Shown here: positions 1-10,723 of the stretch, in pieces | Layout: every line of letters begins with the position of its first letter | How positions within the stretch are numbered: position 1 is the stretch's first letter | Source of the DNA: Acidobacteriota bacterium | GTDB taxonomy: Bacteria; Acidobacteriota; Polarisedimenticolia; J045 | NCBI GenBank assembly: GCA_024276295.1 | Contig: JAJRXN010000125.1 | Location: 1-29,930, forward strand | DNA: 29,930 nucleotides | Direction of reading: 5' to 3' | The notes under the pieces: generated by a model | The model's database searches: none | Told to the model about the DNA's origin: nothing | What the model saw: only the letters and a program-made list of their open reading frames with translations | Made by a program: the position numbers and the translations under genes

Positions 1-458
1 CAGGAAGGATAGCTGACCGTGACCGTCAGGCTCTCCACCGCGCGGAACAGCACGTCGAGACAGCGTTCATAGCTGTCGAGTCCCTCGCCGATCGGATCGG
101 CGAGATCCTTCGGGCCGTCGACGTGTTCGCGCAGGAGCGAGACCTTGTCCAGCGTCTCGGGCAGGTGCTCGCGGAACCACGCCCGATGGCGGCGCTCCAT
201 CACGATGATGCTGGTGGCGGCGTGCGCCTCCTCGGTGTCGACTCCCCGAGACCGGTGCTCGCTCATGTCGATCCCGCGCTGCCGCAGGAGACTGCATGCC
301 ACCGGATCGGCGGCCCGGCCTTCGAGTCCCATGATGCCCGCCGAGCGCACGATGACCCGCTCCTGCGAGCCGAGCTTCTCGAGCAGATGCCGCATGTAGT
401 ACTCCGCCGTCGGGGAACGGCAGATGTTCGCCGTGCAGACGAACAGGATCCGTCTCAT
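1..458 (-). CDS. Low-molecular-weight protein-tyrosine phosphatase (LMW-PTP/ArsC fold); stop codon at or just past the window edge
   Basis: Hand translation from ATG 458 (ATGA overlap with coaX stop): MRRILFVCTANICRSPTAE (CX5R P-loop), SAG, D.S.H.SR, DLADPIG (general-acid DP motif). 152 open codons to position 3, then TG. Absent from the ORF track. Confidence 0.9.
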   Translation of the reverse strand, partial: MRRILFVCTANICRSPTAEYYMRHLLEKLGSQERVIVRSAGIMGLEGRAADPVACSLLRQRGIDMSEHRSRGVDTEEAHAATSIIVMERRHRAWFREHLPETLDKVSLLREHVDGPKDLADPIGEGLDSYERCLDVLFRAVESLTVTVSYPS

Positions 459-1213
459 ATCCGGTTCCTTTCGTGGACCAGGCGCAGTCCCTCGAGCGTA
501 AGATCCGCGTCGTTCGCATCGACGCGAGTCATCAGCGGAGCGATGACGTCGGCGAGCCCCCCCGTCACGACGATCGTGCGCACGACGCCGACCTCGTCTT
601 CGATTCGCCGGGCCAGGCCGTCGACCATCGCGGCATGCCCGTGGAGCAGTCCGGAGCGGATCGCGTCGATCGAGTTCCGGCCCAGCACCCGCTGCGGGAC
701 CGACAGATCGACGCGCGGAAGACGTGCCGCGCGCAGCGAGAGGGCCTCGGCTCCGAGCCGCGGTCCCGGTGTGATGATGCCGCCGAGATACTCGGCGTCG
801 GCGGTGACGACGTCGAGCGTCGTCGCCGTGCCGAAATCGACGATGATCGTCGGCCCCTCGTACCGCTCGCAGGCCGCCACCGCGTTGAGGATGCGGTCGG
901 CGCCGACCTCCTGCGGATTGTCCATCCGGATCTTCAGGCCGGTCCGGACGCCCGGGGCGACCTCCAGCGGTCGGGTCCCGGTCAACGCCGTCAGCGCCTC
1001 GAGCAGACTCGACGTCAGCGGCGGGACGACCGAGCCGACCACCGCACTGCCGATCTCGCCGACGCGCTCGCCGAGCAGCCCGCCGAAGAGCACGAGCAGT
1101 TCGTCGGACGTCATGTCGCGGCGCGAAGAGACCCGCCACGAACGGACGAGACGTGCACCGTCGAAGAGTCCGATCACCACGTGCGTGTTGCCGACGTCGA
1201 TCGCGAGCAGCAC
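455..1213 (-). CDS. coaX: Type III pantothenate kinase
   Basis: Motifs LLAIDVGNT, VGADRILNA, IIVDFGTATT, GGIITPG, VTGG. Start re-called at GTG 1213 with upstream GGAGG/GGAG; 252 aa. Confidence 0.95.
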   Translation of the reverse strand: MLLAIDVGNTHVVIGLFDGARLVRSWRVSSRRDMTSDELLVLFGGLLGERVGEIGSAVVGSVVPPLTSSLLEALTALTGTRPLEVAPGVRTGLKIRMDNPQEVGADRILNAVAACERYEGPTIIVDFGTATTLDVVTADAEYLGGIITPGPRLGAEALSLRAARLPRVDLSVPQRVLGRNSIDAIRSGLLHGHAAMVDGLARRIEDEVGVVRTIVVTGGLADVIAPLMTRVDANDADLTLEGLRLVHERNRI

Positions 1214-1267
1214 CGCTCCGGTCGTCCTCCCCCCGCCTCCCCCCGCCCATGGGCGGCGGATCCAGCC

Positions 1268-1282
1268 CGCATTATGCATGAA
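1268..1282 (-). promoter_or_regulatory. Putative -10 region (CATAAT at 1276-1271) within motif TTCATGCATAATGCG
   Basis: AT-rich island in the 117-bp birA-coaX gap; near-identical motif upstream of the DnaC-like gene. No clear -35. Confidence 0.4.
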
Positions 1283-1330
1283 ACCCGCTGTCCGAAAGCC
1301 GTTCACACCGCCGGAGGGCGGCGCACGCAG

Positions 1331-2137
1331 TCAGACGCTCCTGACCAGCTCGCCATGGCGGACCTCGACCGGCCGTCCCTCCGCGGTGAGAACGCGCAGC
1401 GCCCCGTCCGCGGACAGCCCGAGGATCCGCCCCGAAACGACCGGACCGTCGTGCAGGCGCAGCGTCACGTGCCTCCCGCCCGCCACCAGGCAGGCCTCGA
1501 GCTGCGCGAGGACGTCGCGCCACGGCCCGTCCCGGTCTCCGACCTGATGCAGCGCGTCGAGGTCGGTCAGAACGAGCGCCGCCAGCCGCGCCCGATCGAC
1601 CGGCCCGTCCATCACGAGCGGTGCGGCGGGCCCCGCCGCCGCGGCGTCGGACACGCGCGGATCGGGACCGGTGTTGATCCCGATTCCGACCAGCGTGACC
1701 GGCGGTTCCGGCTGTCCGGGCCCGGCGATCAGTTCAGACAGGATTCCGCCGACCTTTCCCTTCCCGCTCATCAGGTCGTTGGGCCAGTCGAAGGCCAGCT
1801 CCGGACCGCCGAGCGCCGCCACCGCCCGGCGAACCGCGACCGCCGCCGCGAGTCCGAGACGGTGGGCCTGCGCAAGACGTGTCGGAGCGGGGAGAACGGC
1901 CGTCAAGTACAGGCCGCCGGGCGGCGAGACGAACCGGCGGCCGAGCCGCCCGCGACCGGCGGTCTGGTGCCAGGCGACGACGGCCCCTGGCCGGACCCCC
2001 TCGCTCGCGTGCCATGCGCGAGCGCGGTCCATCGTCGAGTCGCAGCGCCGCCAGCCCTGGAGCGCCCAGCGTCGGCGGCCCGCCGGCCAGGCGGCGGCCA
2101 CGGCACGGGCGATCTCGGGTCCCGGCTCGTCGTTCAT
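1331..2137 (-). CDS. birA: Biotin--[acetyl-CoA-carboxylase] ligase without N-terminal HTH
   Basis: Motifs DSTMD, QTAGRGRLGR, SPPGGLYLT, WPND, KVGGILSE, VGIGIN, C-terminal SH3-like GRILGLSADGAL. nadC-birA-coaX context; ATGA overlap with nadC. Confidence 0.87.
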   Translation of the reverse strand: MNDEPGPEIARAVAAAWPAGRRRWALQGWRRCDSTMDRARAWHASEGVRPGAVVAWHQTAGRGRLGRRFVSPPGGLYLTAVLPAPTRLAQAHRLGLAAAVAVRRAVAALGGPELAFDWPNDLMSGKGKVGGILSELIAGPGQPEPPVTLVGIGINTGPDPRVSDAAAAGPAAPLVMDGPVDRARLAALVLTDLDALHQVGDRDGPWRDVLAQLEACLVAGGRHVTLRLHDGPVVSGRILGLSADGALRVLTAEGRPVEVRHGELVRSV

Positions 2138-3008
2138 CGGTGATCACGACCGGGCGTCACGTCGAGCGCCACGTCGACGGCGCGCGCGCCGTGCGTCAGA
2201 CACCCGAGCGAAAGCCGGTCGACGCCTGCCTCGGCGTAGGCCCGCAGCCGACCCGGACGCAGCCCGCCGGAGACCTCGAGCCGCGCCCGCCCCGCCGCCA
2301 GCGACGCGCAGCGCCGGACCTGCGCGGGATCCATGTTGTCGAGCAGGATCCACCCCGCCCCCTCCTCGAGCGCGATCTCGAACTCCTCGAACGTGTCGAC
2401 CTCGATCTCGGTGTCGCGAGGATCGACCCCGGCCGCCCGCAGGCGGGCGATCGCCTCCCGAATGCCGCCCGCGATCAGCTTGTGGTTGTCCTTGACCATC
2501 ACCAGTTCGTCGAGCGTCTGCCGGTGGTTCTCCCCGCCGCCGACGTGCACCGCGTACTTCTCGAGCGCGCGCAGCAGCGGCGTCGTCTTGCGCGTGTCGG
2601 CGATCGTCGCCCGCGTGCCGGCGATTTCCCCGACCGCCTGCGCGGTCAGCGTCGCGATTCCGGACAGCCGGGCGACGAGATTGAGCAGCACGCGCTCGCC
2701 TCCGAGGATCGCCCGCGCGTCTCCGGCGATCCGCGCCAGCCCGTCCCCGGCGCGGACACGCCGGCCGTCGCGGGACAGCAGCTCGACGGCCGGCGCCGGG
2801 ACGCCGAGCCGGGTCGCCATCTCGCCGAACGCGAGGGCGATCAGCGGCAGTCCGGCGACGACGAGTTCTTCGCGCGCGACGAGCACGGCGGACGCCTGCA
2901 CGCCGGCGGGTACCGTCGCCTCCGAGGTGACGTCACCGCCCGGGCCGAGGTCTTCGTCCAGCGCGTCGCGGAGGATCCTCACCGCGCGCGCGCGCGGGAA
3001 CTCTCCGG

Positions 3009-3012
<4 letters not shown>
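2134..3012 (-). CDS. nadC: Nicotinate-nucleotide diphosphorylase (carboxylating), quinolinate phosphoribosyltransferase
   Basis: Motifs DEDLGPGGDVTS, ERVLLN, LSGIAT, DTRKTTP, VKDNH, EIEVD, ILLDNM, EVSGG. GTGA overlap with valS. Confidence 0.96.
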
Positions 3013-5692
<2,680 letters not shown>

Positions 5693-5696
<4 letters not shown>

Positions 5697-6517
5697 CGAT
5701 CGGGTTCTCCGGACTCCGGCGGCGTGCGGTGCCGCGCCCGTGCCTCGCGCAGCAGCCGTTCGAGAAGATCGGGGACGACGTCCCAGGCGATCTCGCGGAT
5801 GATCCCGGGAGCGAGCGCCGCGACTTGCCGGCGCACCTCCTCCGCCAGCTCCGCGCGCGATCCCGCATCCTGCTCCGGACGGCGCGCGGGCCCTCCGGGA
5901 AGCCGGAAGCCCTGCTCGCCCGGCAAGGGGGCATCGACGGACTCGATTCCGGCGACCGGATCGGCCAGCGGACCGAGCGGTTCGTCGTCCTCGATGTCGA
6001 TCGGCGTGGAGCCGAGGACGTCCAGCTCGAGCGGAGCGTCGTCGTCGGATTCGGGCTCGAGCGTGATGCGCACCGGCTGCTCCCGCTCGTCACTCTCGCC
6101 GGCCTCGACGCGCGACGACGATGGCGCAGCGGGTGGCCGTGGCGGGACGGGGGACTGCTCGAGCGTCCGCTGGACCAGTTCGACGAGCGTCTCGAGCGAG
6201 AACGGTTTCTCGATCGATGCCGTCGCCCCGCATTCGCGCGCTCGCCGCTCGTCGAACGCCTCGAAGGCCCCCCGCATCAGCAGCACCGGCGTCCCGTGCA
6301 GGACATCGTGCTCGCGAATGCGAGCCGCGATCTCGTACCCGTTGAGCCCCGGAAGCTCGGTGTCGCACAGGATGAGTTCCGGCTGCTCACGTTCGGCCGC
6401 AAGCAGTGCCTCCCGCCCCTCGCTGGCCTGGATCACGCGCACCGACGCCCCGGTCAGGGCGTGTTCGACGACCTTGCGGATCGTCGAGCTGTCATCGGCA
6501 ACAAGGACTTTTCTCAT
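5693..6517 (-). CDS. romR: RomR-like response regulator (receiver + Pro/acidic linker + C-terminal helical domain)
   Basis: Start re-called at ATG 6517. Receiver VLVADDS...LILCDTELPGLNG...GAFEAFDERRAR...KPF; low-complexity P/D/E linker; C-terminal IREIAWDVVPDLLERLLRE. ATGA-coupled to valS. Match to Myxococcus RomR is from recalled sequence features, not a search. Confidence 0.75.
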
Positions 6518-6575
6518 GCGTGTCGAGACCCCGAACAAGCGCGACGCACACCGGATTCCGCGACGGAGGGCGACG

Positions 6576-7301
6576 CTAGCACCGGGGTCTGGGGGTGTCA
6601 ACGCGGGCCAGGGCGGAAAGCAGCGCCCGGGGCGCTCCGGGACGTCGTGCCCGGCGCCAGGCCGCGCGCGATGCCGCGGACCAGTCGCCGAGCGCCGCGA
6701 GCCCACGCCGGAGTGTCGCGCGACCGGCCGCGGCATCCGGCGCCAGACCGCCGAGAAGGCCGGCGCGCAGCATGTCGGCGGCGTCGAGCCGCGACGCCGC
6801 AAGCAGCGCGCGGGCGCCGGTCATTCCGCGCGCCGCGAACGGGACGCTGTCGGTCCCGCCCCAACCGGTGAAGAACCCGCGGCCGATCCCCGGGTGGGCG
6901 AACCAAGAACGCCTGGTCGCCACCAGCAGGTCGCAGCTCAACGCCAGATCGAATCCGCCACCGACGGCGTGACCGTCGACCAGACAGCCGACCGGAAACG
7001 GCGCCTGCTCGAGCACGGTCATCAACCGCTCCCCCGCGCGGGAAAGATCGAGTGCGGCCAGTGGATCGAGTCTCGCGAGCCGTTCGAGATCGGCCCCGGC
7101 CGCGAACGAGCCGCGCGGATTGCCCTCGATGGCGAGCCAGCGCGGAGGTTCCGGATCGCCCGCGAGATGTCGGACAAGTCGGGCCAGTGCCGCGAGCCGG
7201 CTTTCCGTCAGGATGTTGACCGATCGGCCGTCGTCGAGCACCAGCCGGACGCCGGAGGCGTCGCGGATGATCGTTGCACCAGCGTCACCGGACGACCGCA
7301 C
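6576..7301 (-). CDS. Enoyl-CoA hydratase/isomerase (crotonase) family protein, atypical catalytic residues
   Basis: Motifs SFAAGADL, PVGCLVDGHAVGGGFDLALSCDL, FAHPG, G..TGWGGT. Start re-called at GTG 7301, 4 nt after the upstream stop. Confidence 0.75.
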   Translation of the reverse strand: MRSSGDAGATIIRDASGVRLVLDDGRSVNILTESRLAALARLVRHLAGDPEPPRWLAIEGNPRGSFAAGADLERLARLDPLAALDLSRAGERLMTVLEQAPFPVGCLVDGHAVGGGFDLALSCDLLVATRRSWFAHPGIGRGFFTGWGGTDSVPFAARGMTGARALLAASRLDAADMLRAGLLGGLAPDAAAGRATLRRGLAALGDWSAASRAAWRRARRPGAPRALLSALARVDTPRPRC

Positions 7302-7305
7302 CGCG

Positions 7306-7893
7306 TCAGCTCCGCTCGAAAAAGCGCCGCGCGCCGCGTCGGGCGGTCTCGTTCGAGAAGGCGAGGGCGAAGGCCGCGCGCTCGAACGCACGGGCACAGC
7401 CGGGCGACAGCCTGCCGGCGCGTGCCAGCAGACCGGTCAGCTCGCGTGCGGCACCGCCGCTGTCCTGCCACAGCGCCAGCAGTTCGGCGGCCCGCCCCGC
7501 GGCGTCCTCGTGTCGTTCGTCGACCAGTCCCCGCTCGCAGGCCTGCTCTGCGGACCATCCCGACTCGTCGAGCCAGAACAGCAGGGCTCCGCCCGCGCCG
7601 AGCCGTCGCGCCAGCCGCTGCGCGGTTCCCGCCAGACCGGGCGGGCGAGCACCGCCCCCGACGAGATGCGCGTCCTTCGTCGCTACGATCAACGTACAGG
7701 ACAGGGCCAGCTCGACGGCTGCGTCCGCCACCCGGCCCCGGACGACGGCGACGCTCGCGGTTCCCGCGCACGTCGCCGCGATCGCCTCGAGATCGCCCTC
7801 CGTCGCCGGGGCGACCCGCACGACGTCGACGAGCAGGGCCTGGTGCGGATCCCCCTCCATTCCTGCCGGCAGCGATGTCCTGTCCGGACTCAT
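7306..7893 (-). CDS. Degenerate, short crotonase-fold protein
   Basis: ELALSCTLIVAT, SAEQACERGLVDE and C-terminal ERAAFALAFSNETARRGARRFFERS align by eye to the C-terminal two-thirds of the crotonase at 12672-13459; the N-terminal AGAD loop is absent. Confidence 0.6.
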   Translation of the reverse strand: MSPDRTSLPAGMEGDPHQALLVDVVRVAPATEGDLEAIAATCAGTASVAVVRGRVADAAVELALSCTLIVATKDAHLVGGGARPPGLAGTAQRLARRLGAGGALLFWLDESGWSAEQACERGLVDERHEDAAGRAAELLALWQDSGGAARELTGLLARAGRLSPGCARAFERAAFALAFSNETARRGARRFFERS

Positions 7894-7910
7894 CGCATGG
7901 TGTCTCCCGC

Positions 7911-7948
7911 ATTAGAAAGCGACGGGGAGGCCGCAGGCGGCCTCCCCG
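7911..7948 (-). terminator. Rho-independent terminator after hpf
   Basis: 11-bp perfect stem 7923-7933/7938-7948 (CGGGGAGGCCG/CGGCCTCCCCG) with 4-nt loop, followed on the minus strand by TCGCTTTCTAAT. Confidence 0.7.
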
Positions 7949-7971
7949 GGTTGCTGACGGTGAACCGGCGT

Positions 7972-8319
7972 TCAGACCCCACCGGACTTCGCCTCGCCGG
8001 CGGCTTCCCGCCGGATCGACGGCGCGCCCTCGCGCCGTTCGGACAGCCGTGACGTCTTCTGCTTGCGAAGCTGACGCGCCAGGATGTCGACCGCTTCGTT
8101 GATCGCCTGGTGCAGATCGTCGTGCGTCACCTCGCCCGAGTGAACGACCCCGCGTCCCCGCGCCACGATCCCGCACGTCTTGCGATGCTTCTCCTGGCTC
8201 AGCGTGACGTGGATGTCGAGATCGTCGACGAGGCGCCCGAGCTTGTTGACCTTCTCGAGCGCGTACGCCCTCATCTCGGGAGTCAACTCTAGATGACGTC
8301 CGACGAAGTCAATCGTCAT
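7972..8319 (-). CDS. hpf: Ribosome hibernation promoting factor (HPF/RaiA, short form)
   Basis: MTIDFVGRHLELTPEMRAYALEKVNKL...DLHQAINEAVDILARQLRKQK; AAGGAG SD before ATG 8319; directly downstream of rpoN. Confidence 0.92.
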   Translation of the reverse strand: MTIDFVGRHLELTPEMRAYALEKVNKLGRLVDDLDIHVTLSQEKHRKTCGIVARGRGVVHSGEVTHDDLHQAINEAVDILARQLRKQKTSRLSERREGAPSIRREAAGEAKSGGV

Positions 8320-8416
8320 GGCAGGGCTCCTTTCCGGAGGACTGCTCCCCCAGCCTGGATGGTCCGCGGCGACCGCCACGGATCGCTGTCGTACAGACGC
8401 GCCGGCCGGCGAGGTC

Positions 8417-9895
8417 TCACTGGCGTCCGCGAGCCGCCCGTCGCCGGCGCTCCGTCGACGGTGGAATGCGGAGTTCCTCCCGATACTTCGCCACGGTCCG
8501 ACGCGCGATCCTGAGACCCTCCTTCTTCAGCACATTCGCGATCGCCTGGTCGCTCAGCGGTTTCTGTGCCGGCTCTTCCGCCACCAGGCGCTTGATCTTC
8601 TCCTTGACCGTCAGCGACGAGATCGACTCGCCGCCCGCTGCGGACAGCCCGCTGTGGAAGAAGAAACGCATCTCGAACAGGCCGCGCGGCGTGTGCATGT
8701 ACTTCGAGTTCACGACGCGACTGACGGTCGACTCGTGCATGCCGATGTCCTCGGCCACGTCACGGAGGACCAGGGGCCGGATCGCCTCGATCCCGCGGTC
8801 GAGGAAGTCCCGCTGGAACTTCACGATGCTCTGGGCGACCTTGTAGATCGTCCGCTGGCGTTCCTCGAGGCTGCGGATCAGCCGCATCGCCGACCGCACC
8901 TTGTCGCGAGCGAACTCCCGCGCGGAGTGATCGGACTCCTCGCCGCGAGCGGCCCGCTCGAGCATGCGCACGTACGACGGCGAGACGCGCAGCCGCGGCA
9001 GCCCGTCCTCGTTGAGCACGATCCGGTAGTCGTCCCCGTCCTTGACGACATGCACATCAGGCGTGATGTATGTCGTTTCCTGGGAATTGTATTTTTCGCC
9101 GGGTCGCGGGTCGAGATGGCGGATCACGTCGAGGATGCCGGCCAGCTCGGCCTCGTCGACTCCGAGCGCCTCCTGCAGTTCCTCGTCGCGCTGTCCTTCG
9201 AGCAGGTCGAGGTGATCGCGGATCGCCTCCGCCGCCTTCGATTCGGACAGGCCGGCCACCTCGAGCTGCGCGAGCAGGCATTCGGAAACGTCGCGGCTCG
9301 CCACGCCGACGGGGTCGAAGCGACGGATCTGCTCGCGGACGCGGGTGATCTCCCCGGGCGTCCAGGTCTCGCCCTCCGGCGCCATGCCGGCCAGTTCGCT
9401 GTCCGTCGCCTCGAGGTATCCGCGCTCGTCGAGGGTGCCGATGATCGCTTCACCGATCCGTCGCGGCTTGCCACCGGGAATGGTCATCTCGAGCTGCCAC
9501 AGGAGATGATCGGCGAGGCGCTGGCCGGTGCTGACGATCTGCTCGAGCGACGGAAGCTCGTCGGTACCGCGCTGTTCGCGCATTCCGCGCGTCGGCTGGT
9601 AGCTGTCCTCGAGGTCCCGGAAGAACGAGGCGTAGTCGAAGTCGTCGTCGGAACGGTCGGCGTCCGCTCCCGCGGTCACCTCGCGCTCGGCCGGCGCGGC
9701 GTCGGGTTCGGATGCGGTCTCGTCGAGGCGCGTTGCGGCCTCCTCGAGAGCCGGGTTCTCCACGAGTTCCTGGGAGATTTCCTGCTGCAGGTCGAGCTTG
9801 TTCAGCTGGAGCAGCCGAATGGCCTGCTGCAGTTGCGGAGTGATGATCAGGCGCTGACTGAGCTTGGGCTGCAGCTTCTGTTCGAGATACGGCAT
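8417..9895 (-). CDS. rpoN: RNA polymerase sigma-54 factor
   Basis: Region I TPQLQQAIRLLQL, DEDG-like and LNEDGLP motifs, HESTVSRVVNSKY HTH, RpoN box ARRTVAKYR. Confidence 0.98.
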   Translation of the reverse strand: MPYLEQKLQPKLSQRLIITPQLQQAIRLLQLNKLDLQQEISQELVENPALEEAATRLDETASEPDAAPAEREVTAGADADRSDDDFDYASFFRDLEDSYQPTRGMREQRGTDELPSLEQIVSTGQRLADHLLWQLEMTIPGGKPRRIGEAIIGTLDERGYLEATDSELAGMAPEGETWTPGEITRVREQIRRFDPVGVASRDVSECLLAQLEVAGLSESKAAEAIRDHLDLLEGQRDEELQEALGVDEAELAGILDVIRHLDPRPGEKYNSQETTYITPDVHVVKDGDDYRIVLNEDGLPRLRVSPSYVRMLERAARGEESDHSAREFARDKVRSAMRLIRSLEERQRTIYKVAQSIVKFQRDFLDRGIEAIRPLVLRDVAEDIGMHESTVSRVVNSKYMHTPRGLFEMRFFFHSGLSAAGGESISSLTVKEKIKRLVAEEPAQKPLSDQAIANVLKKEGLRIARRTVAKYREELRIPPSTERRRRAARGRQ

Positions 9896-9940
9896 CCGAC
9901 TCCAGTACTCTCCGGTTCGTGGCGTCCCGCAGGCGCCGTG

Positions 9941-10723
9941 TCAACCGAGCCGGAAGTCTTCTCCGAGATACACCGCTCTCACTTCCGCATCCGTGGCAAG
10001 CTGCTCTGGAGAGCCGCTCCTGAAGATCTTCCCACGGTTGATGATATAGGCACGGTCGGTTATTTGCAATGTCTCCCGCACGTTGTGGTCGGTGATCAGC
10101 ACGCCGATACGCTGCGCGGCGAGCCTCCGGACGAGACGCTGGATGTCCGCCACGGCGATCGGATCGATGCCGGCGAACGGCTCGTCGAGCAGCACGATTC
10201 GCGGGCAGATCGTCATCGCCCGGGCGATCTCGCAGCGGCGGCGCTCGCCACCCGAGAGAAGATACGCCGGGCGGTCCGCGACGGCATCGAGGCCGAACTC
10301 GGCAAGCAGCGAAGTCGTCGTCTCGTGGATCATGTCCTCGTCATGTCCGAGCGCCTCGAGCACGAGTTCGAGATTGGCGCGGACGGTCAGGCGACGGAAG
10401 ACGCTCGGTTCCTGCGGGAGATACGCGATGCCGGCGAGCGCCCGTCGATGCAGCGGCAGGTCGGTCAGGTTGCGATCCTCGAGGCGGATCTCGCCGTTGT
10501 CGGGCCGCAGCAGCCCGACGATCATCGCGAAGGTCGTCGTCTTGCCGGCACCGTTCGGCCCGAGCAGCCCGACGATCTCTCCGGGACCGACGGTCAGCGT
10601 GACGTCATCGACGGCGCGATGATGCCGGAACGCCTTGACCAGGTGTATCGCCTCGAGGCGTGCCCCCTGGTCGGAGGGCGTGGCGCAGCGCTCCTGCCGG
10701 GTCTCGGTTTCAGGGCGCGCCAT
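9941..10723 (-). CDS. lptB: LPS export ABC transporter ATP-binding protein
   Basis: [63 protein letters not shown]; upstream of rpoN. Confidence 0.96.
   Translation of the reverse strand: MARPETETRQERCATPSDQGARLEAIHLVKAFRHHRAVDDVTLTVGPGEIVGLLGPNGAGKTTTFAMIVGLLRPDNGEIRLEDRNLTDLPLHRRALAGIAYLPQEPSVFRRLTVRANLELVLEALGHDEDMIHETTTSLLAEFGLDAVADRPAYLLSGGERRRCEIARAMTICPRIVLLDEPFAGIDPIAVADIQRLVRRLAAQRIGVLITDHNVRETLQITDRAYIINRGKIFRSGSPEQLATDAEVRAVYLGEDFRLG

Noticed and set aside
1255-1285. dif site suggested by GCATAATG and a nearby xerD
   Set aside because: No XerD arm TTATGTTAAAT at the required 6-bp spacing; better explained as a -10 motif.
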